Below, one piece after another: positions 39,648-50,313 of a DNA stretch of 64,000 nt. The first letter of the stretch is position 1. Each line of letters starts with the position of its first letter. The position numbers and the translations under genes are program-made. The stretch is taken from assembly GCA_000092065.1 (NCBI GenBank), contig CP000583.1; one strand, 5' to 3'. This DNA is from Ostreococcus lucimarinus. Lineage: Eukaryota. Below the pieces are notes generated by a model. The model was not told the DNA's origin. It saw only the letters and a program-made list of their open reading frames with translations, and did no database searches.

Positions 39648-41609
39648 TTAAAGATTCCTCAACAACGTTTCGAGTTTAGTCATCGTCTCCTCCGAAAGCG
39701 CGGACGATGGGTTAGTGTTAATATACTCTAACTCCTCGCGCATTGTTTCTGTCGCGCGCTTGACCGCCTTGGCGAGCATATCTTCGACTTCTTCCGCAGT
39801 CTTATTGTTCGCGAAACCTTTTTGGATGGCAAACAAACCGACGGTTTGCTCGGCGAGCGACGCGACCTCTCCTTGCTTTTGCTTGAGGAAACCACGAATG
39901 GCCTCGGAGCGGCTACGAAGCTTGCTTTTTTCTGTTCCAGCGCTACCAAACGTACCCATGTCGTCCGATTGCATCAAATCGAGGCGAAGTTGAAGAAAGT
40001 TGAGCGAGCGGAAAGGCCCCGCAGCGCCCGGCGCGCCGATGCGACTCACCGAATCTTTCGCGCTGATGATCCATCCTTTCGCCGGATCGTACGAATCGAC
40101 AAAAACTTGACCATCAGTGATGGACATGAACTCTTCGACCATCGGTCGCGACTGCACGAACGCGGACTCGGGAAATTCGTCATCCGCCGTGGATACGTGC
40201 GCCGCCTTGGCTTTTTCCTCGAGCGCCTTGCGCAGCTTCTCTTGCACGGCGGCAGGCATGGAGTCGAAACCCTTGATCGATTCGACGCTGCTCGGGAGCA
40301 CAGCGCCACCCGAACCGGCGCCTTCGACCCCAGATTTGAACGTCTTCTTGTACGCCCCCTTCGGATGGTACATGACGCCCATGAGCGTGATGGACCCACC
40401 CTTGAGTTCGTCGTTCATTCTAGCAACGCGTTGGAGCGTCATACCTAAGAATCTGCGACGTTCGGCGAGTGAAGCGGAAATCAACATGCCCTCGTACTCT
40501 TCCATTTGCTCTTCCGTACCCTCGGCGACGTTCAACTGCGGTGCCATGCGCGCCATATCCTTGGTGAAGTTGACCAAGCCGGTGAAATCGTCGAGCACCA
40601 AGAGGACGTCTTCGCCCAAAGCACGCGCGCCCTCCGCGATGGCGAACGCCGTGCACGTGGCCGCGTAGCGCTCGGCCTCGCTCGGTTCATCGTCCACGGT
40701 CACGATCGTGGTGTGCGACATCGCCCCGTCTCCCTCTAATCGCTTCGCGACTTCGTCGACGCGAGACGCCTGGGCGCCCAGCGCCGCGTACACGCACCGC
40801 ACGCCCGTACTCCTTTGCGCCACGATCGATGTCAATCCGAGCTCGGAAAGTCCCGTTCCCGGTTCACCGCTCACCAGCATGCACTGCCCGCGCCCGACCG
40901 GGGCCAATAAATCCACAGCCTTGATCCCCGTCACGAGCGGCGTCGTGATCGGCTTTCTTTCCTCCACGCTCGGCGGTTCGCGCATCATCTTCGACGAATC
41001 CTCCGTTCCGGTCACCATCGCCGACCCATCCCTCGCCTCCCCGAACGCGTCCACGATCTTCCCTCGCGTCGCCCTCGCGCTCGGTCCCCACACGAACTCC
41101 GTCTTGCTCGCCTCCGCCGTCTTCCCCACCGCCCTCGCGCCGTCGCCCGTCCGTCGCCGCTCCCCTCCCTCGCCGCCGTCGAACATCAGCGCGAACGTCT
41201 TCGGTTCCCGATGGCTCAGCAGCACCGCCCGTCCGCCATCCGCGAATCGCAGCACCGCTCCCGGCGGCGCCGCGCTTCGCATGCCCTCCAGCGCGACGAC
41301 GCCGCCCCGCTCCGCCCGCGCGCACGTCCCGCTGAAATTCTTCATCCGATCCTCGTCCTCCACGCTCTCCACCGTCGGCGCCGCGCTCGATCGCGCGTCC
41401 TCCGGCACGGGTTTGCCCGCGATTCGCGCCCGCGCCACCGCCTCGGTCCCGCGCGCGCGCCGCGAGACGCCGTCGCCGCGATCGCCCGGTCGGCGGCGCG
41501 TCGCCGCGATCGTCGCCGTCGCGTCGCGTCGCGCGGGCGCGGCGCGGCGCGCGACGGCGCGACACGCGCGCGCGAGCGTCATCGCGCGATGCGGCGCGAC
41601 GGCGAGCAT
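39648..41609 (-). CDS. ATP synthase F1 alpha-subunit-like paralog with degenerate P-loop
   Basis: Alpha-type architecture is present: N-terminal beta-barrel region, ITTPLVTGIKAVDLLAPVGRGQ, VLLVLDDFTGLVNFTKDMA, SITDGQVFVD and DSVSRIGAPGAAG. The Walker A position reads GEPGTGLS in place of the canonical GDRQTGKT, so the lysine is lost. ATG 41609 with an Arg/Ala-rich leader. Confidence 0.7.
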   Translation of the reverse strand: MLAVAPHRAMTLARACRAVARRAAPARRDATATIAATRRRPGDRGDGVSRRARGTEAVARARIAGKPVPEDARSSAAPTVESVEDEDRMKNFSGTCARAERGGVVALEGMRSAAPPGAVLRFADGGRAVLLSHREPKTFALMFDGGEGGERRRTGDGARAVGKTAEASKTEFVWGPSARATRGKIVDAFGEARDGSAMVTGTEDSSKMMREPPSVEERKPITTPLVTGIKAVDLLAPVGRGQCMLVSGEPGTGLSELGLTSIVAQRSTGVRCVYAALGAQASRVDEVAKRLEGDGAMSHTTIVTVDDEPSEAERYAATCTAFAIAEGARALGEDVLLVLDDFTGLVNFTKDMARMAPQLNVAEGTEEQMEEYEGMLISASLAERRRFLGMTLQRVARMNDELKGGSITLMGVMYHPKGAYKKTFKSGVEGAGSGGAVLPSSVESIKGFDSMPAAVQEKLRKALEEKAKAAHVSTADDEFPESAFVQSRPMVEEFMSITDGQVFVDSYDPAKGWIISAKDSVSRIGAPGAAGPFRSLNFLQLRLDLMQSDDMGTFGSAGTEKSKLRSRSEAIRGFLKQKQGEVASLAEQTVGLFAIQKGFANNKTAEEVEDMLAKAVKRATETMREELEYINTNPSSALSEETMTKLETLLRNL

Positions 41610-41722
41610 GCCGACGCGCGCGCGTCGTCGCGGTGTGCGGCGGCGCCGTCGCGCGCGCGTCGGCCGCACTCGCGCGCGCGCCGAAGCGCCGCGCCGCGAC
41701 GACGCGACGCCGCGACGACGCG

Positions 41723-42568
41723 ATGGCGAAGAAGAAGGCGTCTCGAACGTCGCCCGCGGTCGAGCGCGCGCCGGCGCGCGCGAGCGACGGCGCGACGGCG
41801 ACGACGGGCGCGAACTGGGCGGCGCTGAAAAAGCGCATCAACGCCGGCGCGTCGAGCGCGGCCAAGGCGGCGGCCGCGGCGCGACGCGCGCTGGAGGACG
41901 TCGACGATGCGACGCGAACGCGCGACGGCGGGCGCGACGCGAGCGCGACGCCGAGGGCGACGGGACGGAACACGGCGGTGACGGCGGTGCTGGCGCTGGA
42001 CTGCGAGATGGTCGGCGTCGGCGCGGACGGGAAGCGGTCGATCCTCGCGCGAGCGTCCATCGTGAACGAGGATGGGAACGTGATCATGGACGCGCACGTG
42101 CTGCCGACGGAGCGGGTGACGGATTACAGGACGGCGGTGTCGGGGGTGCGAGCGAAGGATTTGACGGCGGCGAACGGCGCGGTGGCGTTTAAAAAGGTGC
42201 AGGCGCAGATGAGCGAACTGCTGAGGGGACGGATATTGGTGGGGCACTCCTTGAAGAATGATATGCGGGTGCTGATGCTGGATCATCCGAAGCGAGACAC
42301 GCGGGACACGAGTTTGTATCATCCGCTGACGAGGCCGTTGCGGCCGGAGGAGCGGTGCGTTCCGGGCGCGCCTCGCGGTCGCGGATGTCGCGCCCTGCGC
42401 GATCTCGCGCGGCAGCATTTAGGGTTAGAGATTCAAAAGGGCGAGCACTCCTCCGTGGACGACGCGCGGGCGACGTTGGCGCTGTATAAAAAGTTTGCCA
42501 AGCGGTGGGAGAGCGCGCTGCGCCGCGCCGACGGTAGAGACAAATTCAAAAAGCGTCGCGTCGACTAG
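41723..42568 (+). CDS. REX4-like DEDDh 3'-5' RNA exonuclease
   Basis: TAVLALDCEMVGVGADGKRS...ILVGHSLKNDMRVLML...EHSSVDDARATLALYKK. ATG 41723. Confidence 0.75.
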   Translation: MAKKKASRTSPAVERAPARASDGATATTGANWAALKKRINAGASSAAKAAAAARRALEDVDDATRTRDGGRDASATPRATGRNTAVTAVLALDCEMVGVGADGKRSILARASIVNEDGNVIMDAHVLPTERVTDYRTAVSGVRAKDLTAANGAVAFKKVQAQMSELLRGRILVGHSLKNDMRVLMLDHPKRDTRDTSLYHPLTRPLRPEERCVPGAPRGRGCRALRDLARQHLGLEIQKGEHSSVDDARATLALYKKFAKRWESALRRADGRDKFKKRRVD

Positions 42569-42781
42569 CGTCGATTCGTTCGATTCGCGTTTAATCGTCG
42601 TTTAATCGCACGTTTGTATCACCGAATCGCCCGCGCTTCGCCGCCGCGTCGATGAGGCGAGTCGTCCCGCCGCGCCTCGCCTCGGCCCGCGACTCAAAGT
42701 CGTTGCCAGCCTCGGATCGTCACATCGAACCGCACCCCGCCCGCGCGCGCGCATCTCGCGCGCGCGACGCGACGCGAAACG

Positions 42782-44263
42782 ATGGCGACCGCCGTGCTGT
42801 CGTCCATGGACGTCGACGCGCGACCGCAAACGGGTCTGCGCGCGTATTACGACGCGAAAATCGAAGAGTTGGAGGTTCGCCTGCGCGACAAGACGCAGAA
42901 TCTTCGACGCTTAGAGGCGCAGAGAAATGAATTGAACGGACGAGGTGCGCGGAGCGCGCGTGAGAAGGGCGTCGTCGTCGTCGATCGCGCGAGCGCGGTG
43001 CGCGAACGGACGCGAAAGCGTGATGAGAGGAACGATCGAGGCGAGATCGCGAACGACGCGCGAACGACGAGCGAAGACTGACTTTGAATTTCGTTCGGTT
43101 TACCGCGCGCGCGCAGTTCGATCGCTTCGCGAGGAATTGCACATGTTGCAGGAACCCGGATCGTACGTCGGGGAGGTGGTGAAGGTGATGGGGAAGAAGA
43201 AAGTGTTGGTCAAGGTGAGCGGACGACTCGCCCGCGCGGCGCGCCGAGCGCGCGGAGACGGCGAGAGAGGAAAGAATACTGACAGTTTGTGTTTCGCGCG
43301 CAGGTGCACCCGGAGGGAAAATACGTGTGTGATATGGACAAGAGCATCGATGTGACGAAACTGACGGCGGGGACTCGGGTGGCGTTGAGGAACGATTCGT
43401 ACACGCTGCACGTGATCCTTCCGTCGAACATCGACCCGCTCGTGTCGCTCATGAAGGTTGAAAAGGTTCCCGATTCCACGTTCGATATGATTGGTGGATT
43501 GGATCAGCAAGTGAAGGAGATCAAGGAAGTCGTGGAGTTACCGATCAAGCACCCAGAGCTTTTCGACGCGCTCGGGATCGCGCAACCGAAGGGGGTCATC
43601 CTTTACGGTCCCCCGGGTACCGGGAAGACGCTCTTGGCTCGTGCCGTTGCGCACCACACCGATTGCTGCTTCATTCGCGTGTCTGGTTCGGAATTAGTTC
43701 AAAAGTACATAGGAGAAGGGGCGCGGATGGTTCGTGAACTGTTCGTCATGGCTCGCGAGCACGCGCCGAGCATCTTGTTCATGGATGAAGTAGATTCTAT
43801 CGGTAGCGCTCGCGACGGAGGCGGCGGAGGTGGAGGCGACAGCGAAGTGCAGCGTACGATGCTTGAACTGCTCAACCAGCTCGACGGTTTCGAGGCGACG
43901 AACAAGATTAAGGTGATCATGGCCACGAACCGCCTCGATATCCTCGATCAGGCGCTTCTTCGTCCGGGCCGCATCGATCGTAAAATCGAGTTCCCCAATC
44001 CATCTGAAGACAGCCGCGTCGATATTCTCAAGATTCATAGCCGCAAGATGAACCTCGTTCGCGGGATCGATCTTAAGAAGATCGCGAGCAAGATGGGTGG
44101 GGCTTCCGGGGCAGAATCCAAGGCGGTGTGCACCGAGGCCGGAATGTTCGCGCTTCGCGAACGTCGCGTCCACGTCACGCAAGAAGACTTTGAAATGGCC
44201 GTATCCAAGGTGATGCAAAAGGATAGCGAAAAGAACATTTCCGTGAAAAAGCTCTTTTCGTAA
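42782..44263 (+). CDS. RPT6: 26S proteasome regulatory ATPase subunit Rpt6 (PSMC5), 3 exons
   Basis: Exons 42782..42944, 43117..43214 and 43304..44263. The joined product aligns colinearly with Rpt6 ([15 protein letters not shown]...QRNELNGR|[34 protein letters not shown]|HPEGKYVCD...[20 protein letters not shown]...). Introns are GTGCGC...ACTGAC...CAG and GTGAGC...ACTGAC...CAG. Confidence 0.9.
42945..43116 (+). other. Rpt6 intron 1
   Basis: GTGCGC...GAAGACTGAC...CGCGCAG. Phase-1 junction gives NGR|VRSLREEL. Confidence 0.8.
43215..43303 (+). other. Rpt6 intron 2
   Basis: GTGAGC...AATACTGACAG...GCGCAG. Junction gives LVKV|HPEGKYV. Confidence 0.85.
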
Positions 44264-44330
44264 AGATTTACGTACTTAGCGATTGTAAGACGAGAGAAAC
44301 GTCGAGTGTTAAAAATTTATAACAACTTTT

Positions 44331-45980
44331 TTAAGCGATGGACGTCTGATAGGCTTCCCAACCAGCCGCGCGGTACTCCTTCGCGGCGGCGGCAGGGTCG
44401 GATGCCTTGTAAATGCCGCGACCGACGATGATAACATCGCTTCCGTTTTCCACGATAACATTATGCGGGGTGTTGTACTGCTGGCCCATGGCGTCGCCGC
44501 CCACCTGAAGTTGCACTCCCGGAGTCATGTTGATGAGACCCTTGCTCCACTCCGCCTTCCACGCCTTCGGGTTGGTGGAGATGAAACCCATGACAAAGTC
44601 GGGGTGTTGGGCAGCCATACCGATCGCGGCTTCGGTGTACTCACCCTTGGCCATCGTGCCCTTGGAGCTCATCTCCGCGAGAAGGAGCAAACCGCGACCC
44701 TTGGAAAGACCGACGGACTTCAAGCCGTCGATGATGCCGCTCCCCGGGACGATGTGCGCGTTCGTGATGTGACTCCAGTCCGCAATCTTATGCACACCGC
44801 TGCTGTACTGCCCGACCACGGTGTTACCGATGTCGGCAAACTTGCGATCTTCGAAAATCATAAAGTTGTGCTTTTCCGCAATGGCCATCAGTTGGGCGCC
44901 GAAGGACTCGGTGAAGTCAGGGTAGAGGTCGCAGTGCGTCTTGAGCATGCAGATTTCCGGACCGAGAATTTCAGCCATCTCCAAAAGTTCCTTCGCCGTG
45001 TCCACGTCGGCGGCGACGCACAAGTTGGTCTTCTTCGTCTCCATCAACTTGAACAACTGCTTGGCGCACGCGTTATCGGTGAGCTCAGAGCGAGCCGTGT
45101 AAGACATTCGCGTCGGTTTCTTGACTTCGGCGCCGGCGACGGGCATGGTTTGATTCGCCGCGATGAAATCCTTTACGTTCTGCACGAGTTCGGAGCTGCG
45201 AAAGAAATTAAAACAAAACAGTCAGTCATCCGTCGCGACGAGAAATCACCCGCCGGCGCGGCGGCACTCGCGTGTCGGTGCATATCCACCTCGACGACTC
45301 ATAGAAGAGAACCGTCGAGGGAAAGGGTTACGGAGCTACCGGAATTCAATATTGCGTGCATGAAAATTCGAAAACGCGTGTGATTTCGCGCAGACGAGAA
45401 GACTGAAGCACGCCCGCGCTAGCGAACGTTTCGACGCGCTCGCGCACCTCATTTTACCGGCCGCTTCCAACGTCTTCAAGACGCGAGATAACGGCAAGAC
45501 GGAGTGCAAGCGAAGCCCGTGCGAGGCTAAGCGCGCCTCCCCTCCCTGTTCACGATCGATCAACACCACAACGTCCTTCACCTTCAGCCCCACGCTCTCG
45601 AGCGGTTCCACCGTCTCCATCACCGACGCCCCGCTCGTGACCAAATCCTCCACGCACAGGCACGTTTGTCCCGCCTCAAACGCCCCCTCGATCTGTTTCT
45701 TCGTCCCATACGCCTTCACTTCTTTCCGTCGCATCAACATCGGGCAATCATGCGCCAACGACATGCACGTCGCGATCGGCAGCGCCGTATACGGCACCCC
45801 GCACATGTTATCAAACGTCGCCCCGTTCGCCTTCAGCGTCTCCCACATGCACTCCGCCACCGCCGTCAGCACGTCCGGGTAGCTCACGATCACGCGAAGA
45901 TCGACGTATATCGGCGACATGATCCCAGATTTCAGTTTAAACTCCCCAAACTTCACCGCTTCGATCTCGTGCAGCCGCAT
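44331..45980 (-). CDS. UMPS: UMP synthase (fused orotate phosphoribosyltransferase + OMP decarboxylase), 2 exons
   Basis: Exon 1 is 45980..45448 (OPRT: [29 protein letters not shown]...). Intron is 45447..45198 (GTGCGC...ACTGAC...CAG, 250 nt). Exon 2 is 45197..44331 (ODC: ...[10 protein letters not shown]...). The junction gives ...[22 protein letters not shown], colinear with UMPS linkers. Confidence 0.9.
45198..45447 (-). other. UMPS intron (250 nt)
   Basis: GTGCGC donor, GGATGACTGACTG branch region, T-rich tail, TTTCGCAG acceptor. Confidence 0.8.
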
Positions 45981-46858
45981 GACGAGCGCTGCGCATCGGT
46001 TTGAAATCGCCGTCGCCCGTCAGTCATCCCATCGTCGTCCGTCGTCCGCGTCGCTTCGTCCGCGCGTTCGGTCCACTCGCGCATCGCGCGCGACGTCGCG
46101 CGCACCGTCGATCTTGGCGTCCATGGCGACCTCGTCGCGTCGTCGCGCGGCGCGATGTGGCGCGGCGTCGCGCCGTCGCCGTGTGCGCCTCCATTGATGG
46201 CGTTAAAACCACGCTTCGTACGCGCGCGTCCTCGCACGATGGATCGTTTTAAAGCCATCACGCGGCGTCGCGCGCGCGCCACAACCCTCGCGGCGCGCGA
46301 CGTCGCACGCGTCGGCACCACACGACGCACGCCCGCGCGCGCCGCGACGCGAATCATGTTCGCCACGCACACGTCCCAAATTTCTGCGCTTCGCGCCGCG
46401 CCCGCGAAGACGCGCGCGACGGTGCGTCGCGAAGAACGCGCGACGACGCGAGGCGACGACGAAACCCTGAATGACGTCGCGACGCGAACGCGCTCGGAGG
46501 GGCGCGCGACGCGCGCGATGGGGCGCGAACGCGCGATGAATGACTGACGCAATTTTTATTCGATGTGGTTTTCGATCGACGCAGACGAAGGCTCGCGCGG
46601 CGACGGCGCAAGCGGTGCGTGAGACGATGCGACGTGACCCTGATTTCGCGATGGGGGCGACGACGCGCGCGAGGCCTCGCGCGTGTGAACGGCGGCGCGC
46701 GCGCGTCGCGCGCCGGTGGTGCGCGCGTGGATTTATTCTAAACCGTTCGGTTCGCGGTCTGCGCGCGAACGCGCGATGGCGCGGGCGAGGAGGCGCAGGC
46801 GATGATGGGTGGGACAAAGGATGGTGACTGACTGAGCGTTCGCGTACGACAGGCCGCG

Positions 46859-47167
46859 GTGCAAGCGTCCAAGATTCGCATTCGCCTTCGATCTTTCGAG
46901 ACGAACCACATGCAGAGCGCGTGTGATAAGATTCTTGAGGCGGCGAAGGCGACGGAGGCGCGCGTCTCCGGACCGGTGCCGCTCCCGACGAAGCGCCGCA
47001 TCTTTTGCGTGTTGCGCTCGCCGCACGTGAACAAGGACAGCCGGGAACACTTTGAGACGCGCACGCACCACCGATTGATTGATGTTCATCAGCCGACGGC
47101 GCAAACTATTGATGCGCTCATGGCGCTTGAGCTTCCGTCCGGGGTTGACGTGGAAATCAAGCTCTAG
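46859..47167 (+). CDS. RPS10: Bacterial-type (organellar) ribosomal protein S10 (uS10m/c), nuclear-encoded
   Basis: [75 protein letters not shown] is a near-perfect match to bacterial S10. The ORF begins with GTG and has no in-frame ATG, so an upstream targeting exon is likely. Confidence 0.8.
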   Translation: MQASKIRIRLRSFETNHMQSACDKILEAAKATEARVSGPVPLPTKRRIFCVLRSPHVNKDSREHFETRTHHRLIDVHQPTAQTIDALMALELPSGVDVEIKL

Positions 47168-47373
47168 ACGCGAGACGATTATTTCATTTTCAGGATAGGG
47201 CGAGGTGTCGCGACGCGAGGGAAGTCGTCGCGGCGGAGTGTTTAGAGGGAGTGCGGCGGCGCCGTGCTTTGTAATCCAGACTAGTCTGCATTAACAAACA
47301 ATCATAAATAAATCCCGCGCTCTCGCGACGCGGGATTCATCGCTAAATTAGCTAGAGCGCGACGGATTCGCGA

Positions 47374-48420
47374 TCAAAAGTCGTCGTCGTCGAATTCGCC
47401 GCTCGTCACCATGTCGTGGTCGCCGTCCATTTGCGCGTCGTGATGATCGCGCTCGGCGCCCTCGTAGGGCGTTTTCGCCTCCTCCACGATGGCGAGGATC
47501 TCTTCTATGGACATCGTGCTCGTCGGGCTGGCGTTCGTGGGATTCGCCGCGATAGCGTCGTCGACGAGTTCGATCGGCAAATCGATGAGAAACCAAGGAT
47601 GGGCTTTGATTCCAGCGATGTCGATGCGCTTCGCGGCGTCCACGACAAAAATACGCTGAATCAAGTCCAAACACCCCGCGCTGAGCTCGACTCCGGGAGG
47701 AATGGCGTAATCGCAGCTCCGAATCTTTAAAATCGTGCTTCGGAAATCTCGCGGTTTGCGTCGATCCTCAAACGGGTACTTACCGCACAGCATCACGAAC
47801 AGCGTCACCCCGCACGACCAAACGTCCGCAGTCTTACCATCGTACGGTTTCCGTTCCAACACTTCCGGGGCGATGTACGCCGGCGTCCCCACCGTGCTCT
47901 TCGGATCGCTATCGATGAACGCGTTCTTCGAGTATCCGAAATCGCAAATTTTCAACCGCGGCACCGCGTCGCCGTCCAGCAGCGTGTTCTCCAATTTCAA
48001 GTCCCTGTGCGCCACGCCCTTGGCGTGACAGTGCGCCACCCCCGAAATCAACTGCTGAAAGAAGTACCTCGCCTCCGCCTCGCAAAATTTCCCCTTTTTC
48101 AAAATCCTATCGAACAGCTCCCCCCCGCTCGCGTACTCCATCGCGATGGCCAGATGCGTCTTCGTCAGCACCACCTCGATGAATCGCACCACGTTCCCGT
48201 GCGTCAGCAGCCTGTGGTTCACCAGCTCCCGCTTCACGTTCTCGTCGATCCTCGCCCCTCGCTCGATGTACTTTATCGCCACCAGCTCGTTCGTCCGCTT
48301 GCTTCGCATCAGTTTCGCCGTGCCAAAGTTTCCGCATCCGAGCACGCGCGCGCGCGACGACGGTCCATCGGGCGGCGCGTACAGATCGCTCAGCTCTCGC
48401 GCGAGCGCGCGGTGCGCCAT
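47374..48420 (-). CDS. SnRK2-type serine/threonine protein kinase
   Basis: [38 protein letters not shown]...[25 protein letters not shown]...[10 protein letters not shown] is collinear with plant SnRK2. Acidic C-terminus. ATG 48420. Confidence 0.85.
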   Translation of the reverse strand: MAHRALARELSDLYAPPDGPSSRARVLGCGNFGTAKLMRSKRTNELVAIKYIERGARIDENVKRELVNHRLLTHGNVVRFIEVVLTKTHLAIAMEYASGGELFDRILKKGKFCEAEARYFFQQLISGVAHCHAKGVAHRDLKLENTLLDGDAVPRLKICDFGYSKNAFIDSDPKSTVGTPAYIAPEVLERKPYDGKTADVWSCGVTLFVMLCGKYPFEDRRKPRDFRSTILKIRSCDYAIPPGVELSAGCLDLIQRIFVVDAAKRIDIAGIKAHPWFLIDLPIELVDDAIAANPTNASPTSTMSIEEILAIVEEAKTPYEGAERDHHDAQMDGDHDMVTSGEFDDDDF

Positions 48421-48912
48421 CGCGCGATCCGCGCGCGCCGTCCTCTGTCGCCGCGCCGCCGCGCGCGCCACCGCGCGCCGCGCGCGCGCGCCCGTAACAA
48501 AACACACGGACCGCGAACCGCCGCGCCGTACACCCGCGCCCTCGCATCGTATGCGCAAACAGTCACGCGTCGACGCGTGTGCTCGACATAAATCGTTCCC
48601 CCGTCCGCATACGCATACGGACGCGCGCGAGCGGTATCATCGGCGTCGAAGGTTCGCGCCGTCGCGCGAAGGTTCGCGCGGCGTCGGCGCCGAACGCGCG
48701 ACGCGCGCGGGTCAACGCGCCGCACACGTCGACGACACCGCGCGTCGACGCGACCGCGAGGAAGCGTCGAAGCGCGAGGAAACGCGACTCGCGAGACGCG
48801 CGCGACCGGCGAGAGACGCGCGCGACGACGCACGGCGCGAGAATCGCGGGATCTGCGGCGCGATTGGCGATCGAATCGGATCGAATCTCGAGCGACGACG
48901 CACGGCGCGACG

Positions 48913-50154
48913 ATGGCGGGATGCGCGAAGATGACGGTGGCGGTGCTGAAGGAGGAACTGAAGAAGCGCGGATTGGACGCGACGGGGCTGAAGGCGGCGC
49001 TCGTGGCGCGATTGGAGGAAGCGATGGCGGGCGAGGACGACGGGGCGGCGGCTGAGGCGGCGGCGCCGGAGGAGGAAGAGGCGAAGGAAGAGCCGAAGGA
49101 AGAGGCTGGGGAGGAAGAGGACGTGCGAGCGAAGGCGGAGGAAATGGCGGAGAAGGCCATGGCGGAGCACGCGGCGAGCGAGAAGAAACGCGAGCGATCT
49201 CCCGAACAAGACGACGCGCCTCCGGAGGCGAAGAGCGCGAAGTCGGACGGCGAACACGCCGCGGCGCCGAGCTCGGCGCAGGGTGGCCTGACCAAGGATG
49301 GGCAAAATCTCGCCACGTATGAGATGCCGGACGGTCAAGTGCGCAAGGACGTGCCGACGCAAGGCAACGAAGGGCGCATCATCGGTCGCGGCGGCTCAAA
49401 GATTCGTGAATTACAAGACATGTTCCGAACGCGCATCACCATGAACCGACCGGCGGGTTTGGCTGAAGTTGTCGGTATGTTGGATCACGTGAACGATTGC
49501 TGCGACGAAATCACTCGTATTGTCGAGGACGGTAACGTCCGCGAAGCTGCCGAGCGCGCGGGTCAGCCCGTCCCGGGCGGCGCCTATAGCTCGTACGGTG
49601 GCGGCGGCTTCGGCGGCGGCGGCGGCGGCTTCGGCGGCGGCGGCTTCGGCGGTGGCGGCGGCGGCGGCGGCGGCGGTCCTTTCAGCGGCCATATGGAACG
49701 CGTCCCGTGCGAAGGTCAAGAGGGGCGCATCATCGGCCGCGGCGGGGAAAATATTCGTCGCGTCGAGTCCCAAACCGGCACTCGCATCAAGATGAACCGC
49801 GTCGACAACGTCGCCGAAGTGTACGGTACCCCGGCGCAGTGCACCGAAGCCGTGCGCATGATCCAAGAGTACATTCACACCGCGCCGAACCGCGGTGGTG
49901 GTGGCTTTGGCGGCGGCGGGTTTGGTCAACAAGGCGGCTACGGCGGCGGGTACCAGCAGCAAAGCTTCGGCCAGCAAGCCGGCTACGGCGGCGGATACCA
50001 GCAGCAAGCCGGCTACGGCCAACCGGCGTACGGCGCCCCGGCGGGCGGTGCGCCGCTCCCGCACGGCTGGGAGGAAGTCAACCCGGGTAACGGTGGGCCA
50101 GTGTATTATTGGGACACGGTTTCGAACACAACGACCTACACTCGCCCGACGTGA
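48913..50154 (+). CDS. RNA-binding protein with SAP, two KH domains, Gly-rich (GGF/GGY) region and C-terminal WW domain
   Basis: SAP domain (TVAVLKEELKKRGLDATGLKAALVARLEE). KH domains (EGRIIGRGGSKIRELQ; EGRIIGRGGENIRRVE). GGFGGGG tract. WW domain (LPHGWEEV...YYWDTVSNTTTYTRP). Confidence 0.7.
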   Translation: MAGCAKMTVAVLKEELKKRGLDATGLKAALVARLEEAMAGEDDGAAAEAAAPEEEEAKEEPKEEAGEEEDVRAKAEEMAEKAMAEHAASEKKRERSPEQDDAPPEAKSAKSDGEHAAAPSSAQGGLTKDGQNLATYEMPDGQVRKDVPTQGNEGRIIGRGGSKIRELQDMFRTRITMNRPAGLAEVVGMLDHVNDCCDEITRIVEDGNVREAAERAGQPVPGGAYSSYGGGGFGGGGGGFGGGGFGGGGGGGGGGPFSGHMERVPCEGQEGRIIGRGGENIRRVESQTGTRIKMNRVDNVAEVYGTPAQCTEAVRMIQEYIHTAPNRGGGGFGGGGFGQQGGYGGGYQQQSFGQQAGYGGGYQQQAGYGQPAYGAPAGGAPLPHGWEEVNPGNGGPVYYWDTVSNTTTYTRPT

Positions 50155-50313
50155 AGCGTTTACCAGCCCAGCCAGCCAACCGGTAGTTGCGACTTAGACA
50201 CGGCGGTTTCTACACAAAGGAATCATCTTACGTTCTTCGTGCCTACACAAAACAATCTTACAGTCGTACCGAATCATCGTTGAAGCGATGTGAAGCGATC
50301 GCATTAATAAAAC

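Noticed and set aside
45198-45447. C/D-box snoRNA inside the UMPS intron
   Set aside because: No canonical RUGAUGA C-box with a terminal-stem-paired CUGA D-box was found, only the branch-site ACTGAC.
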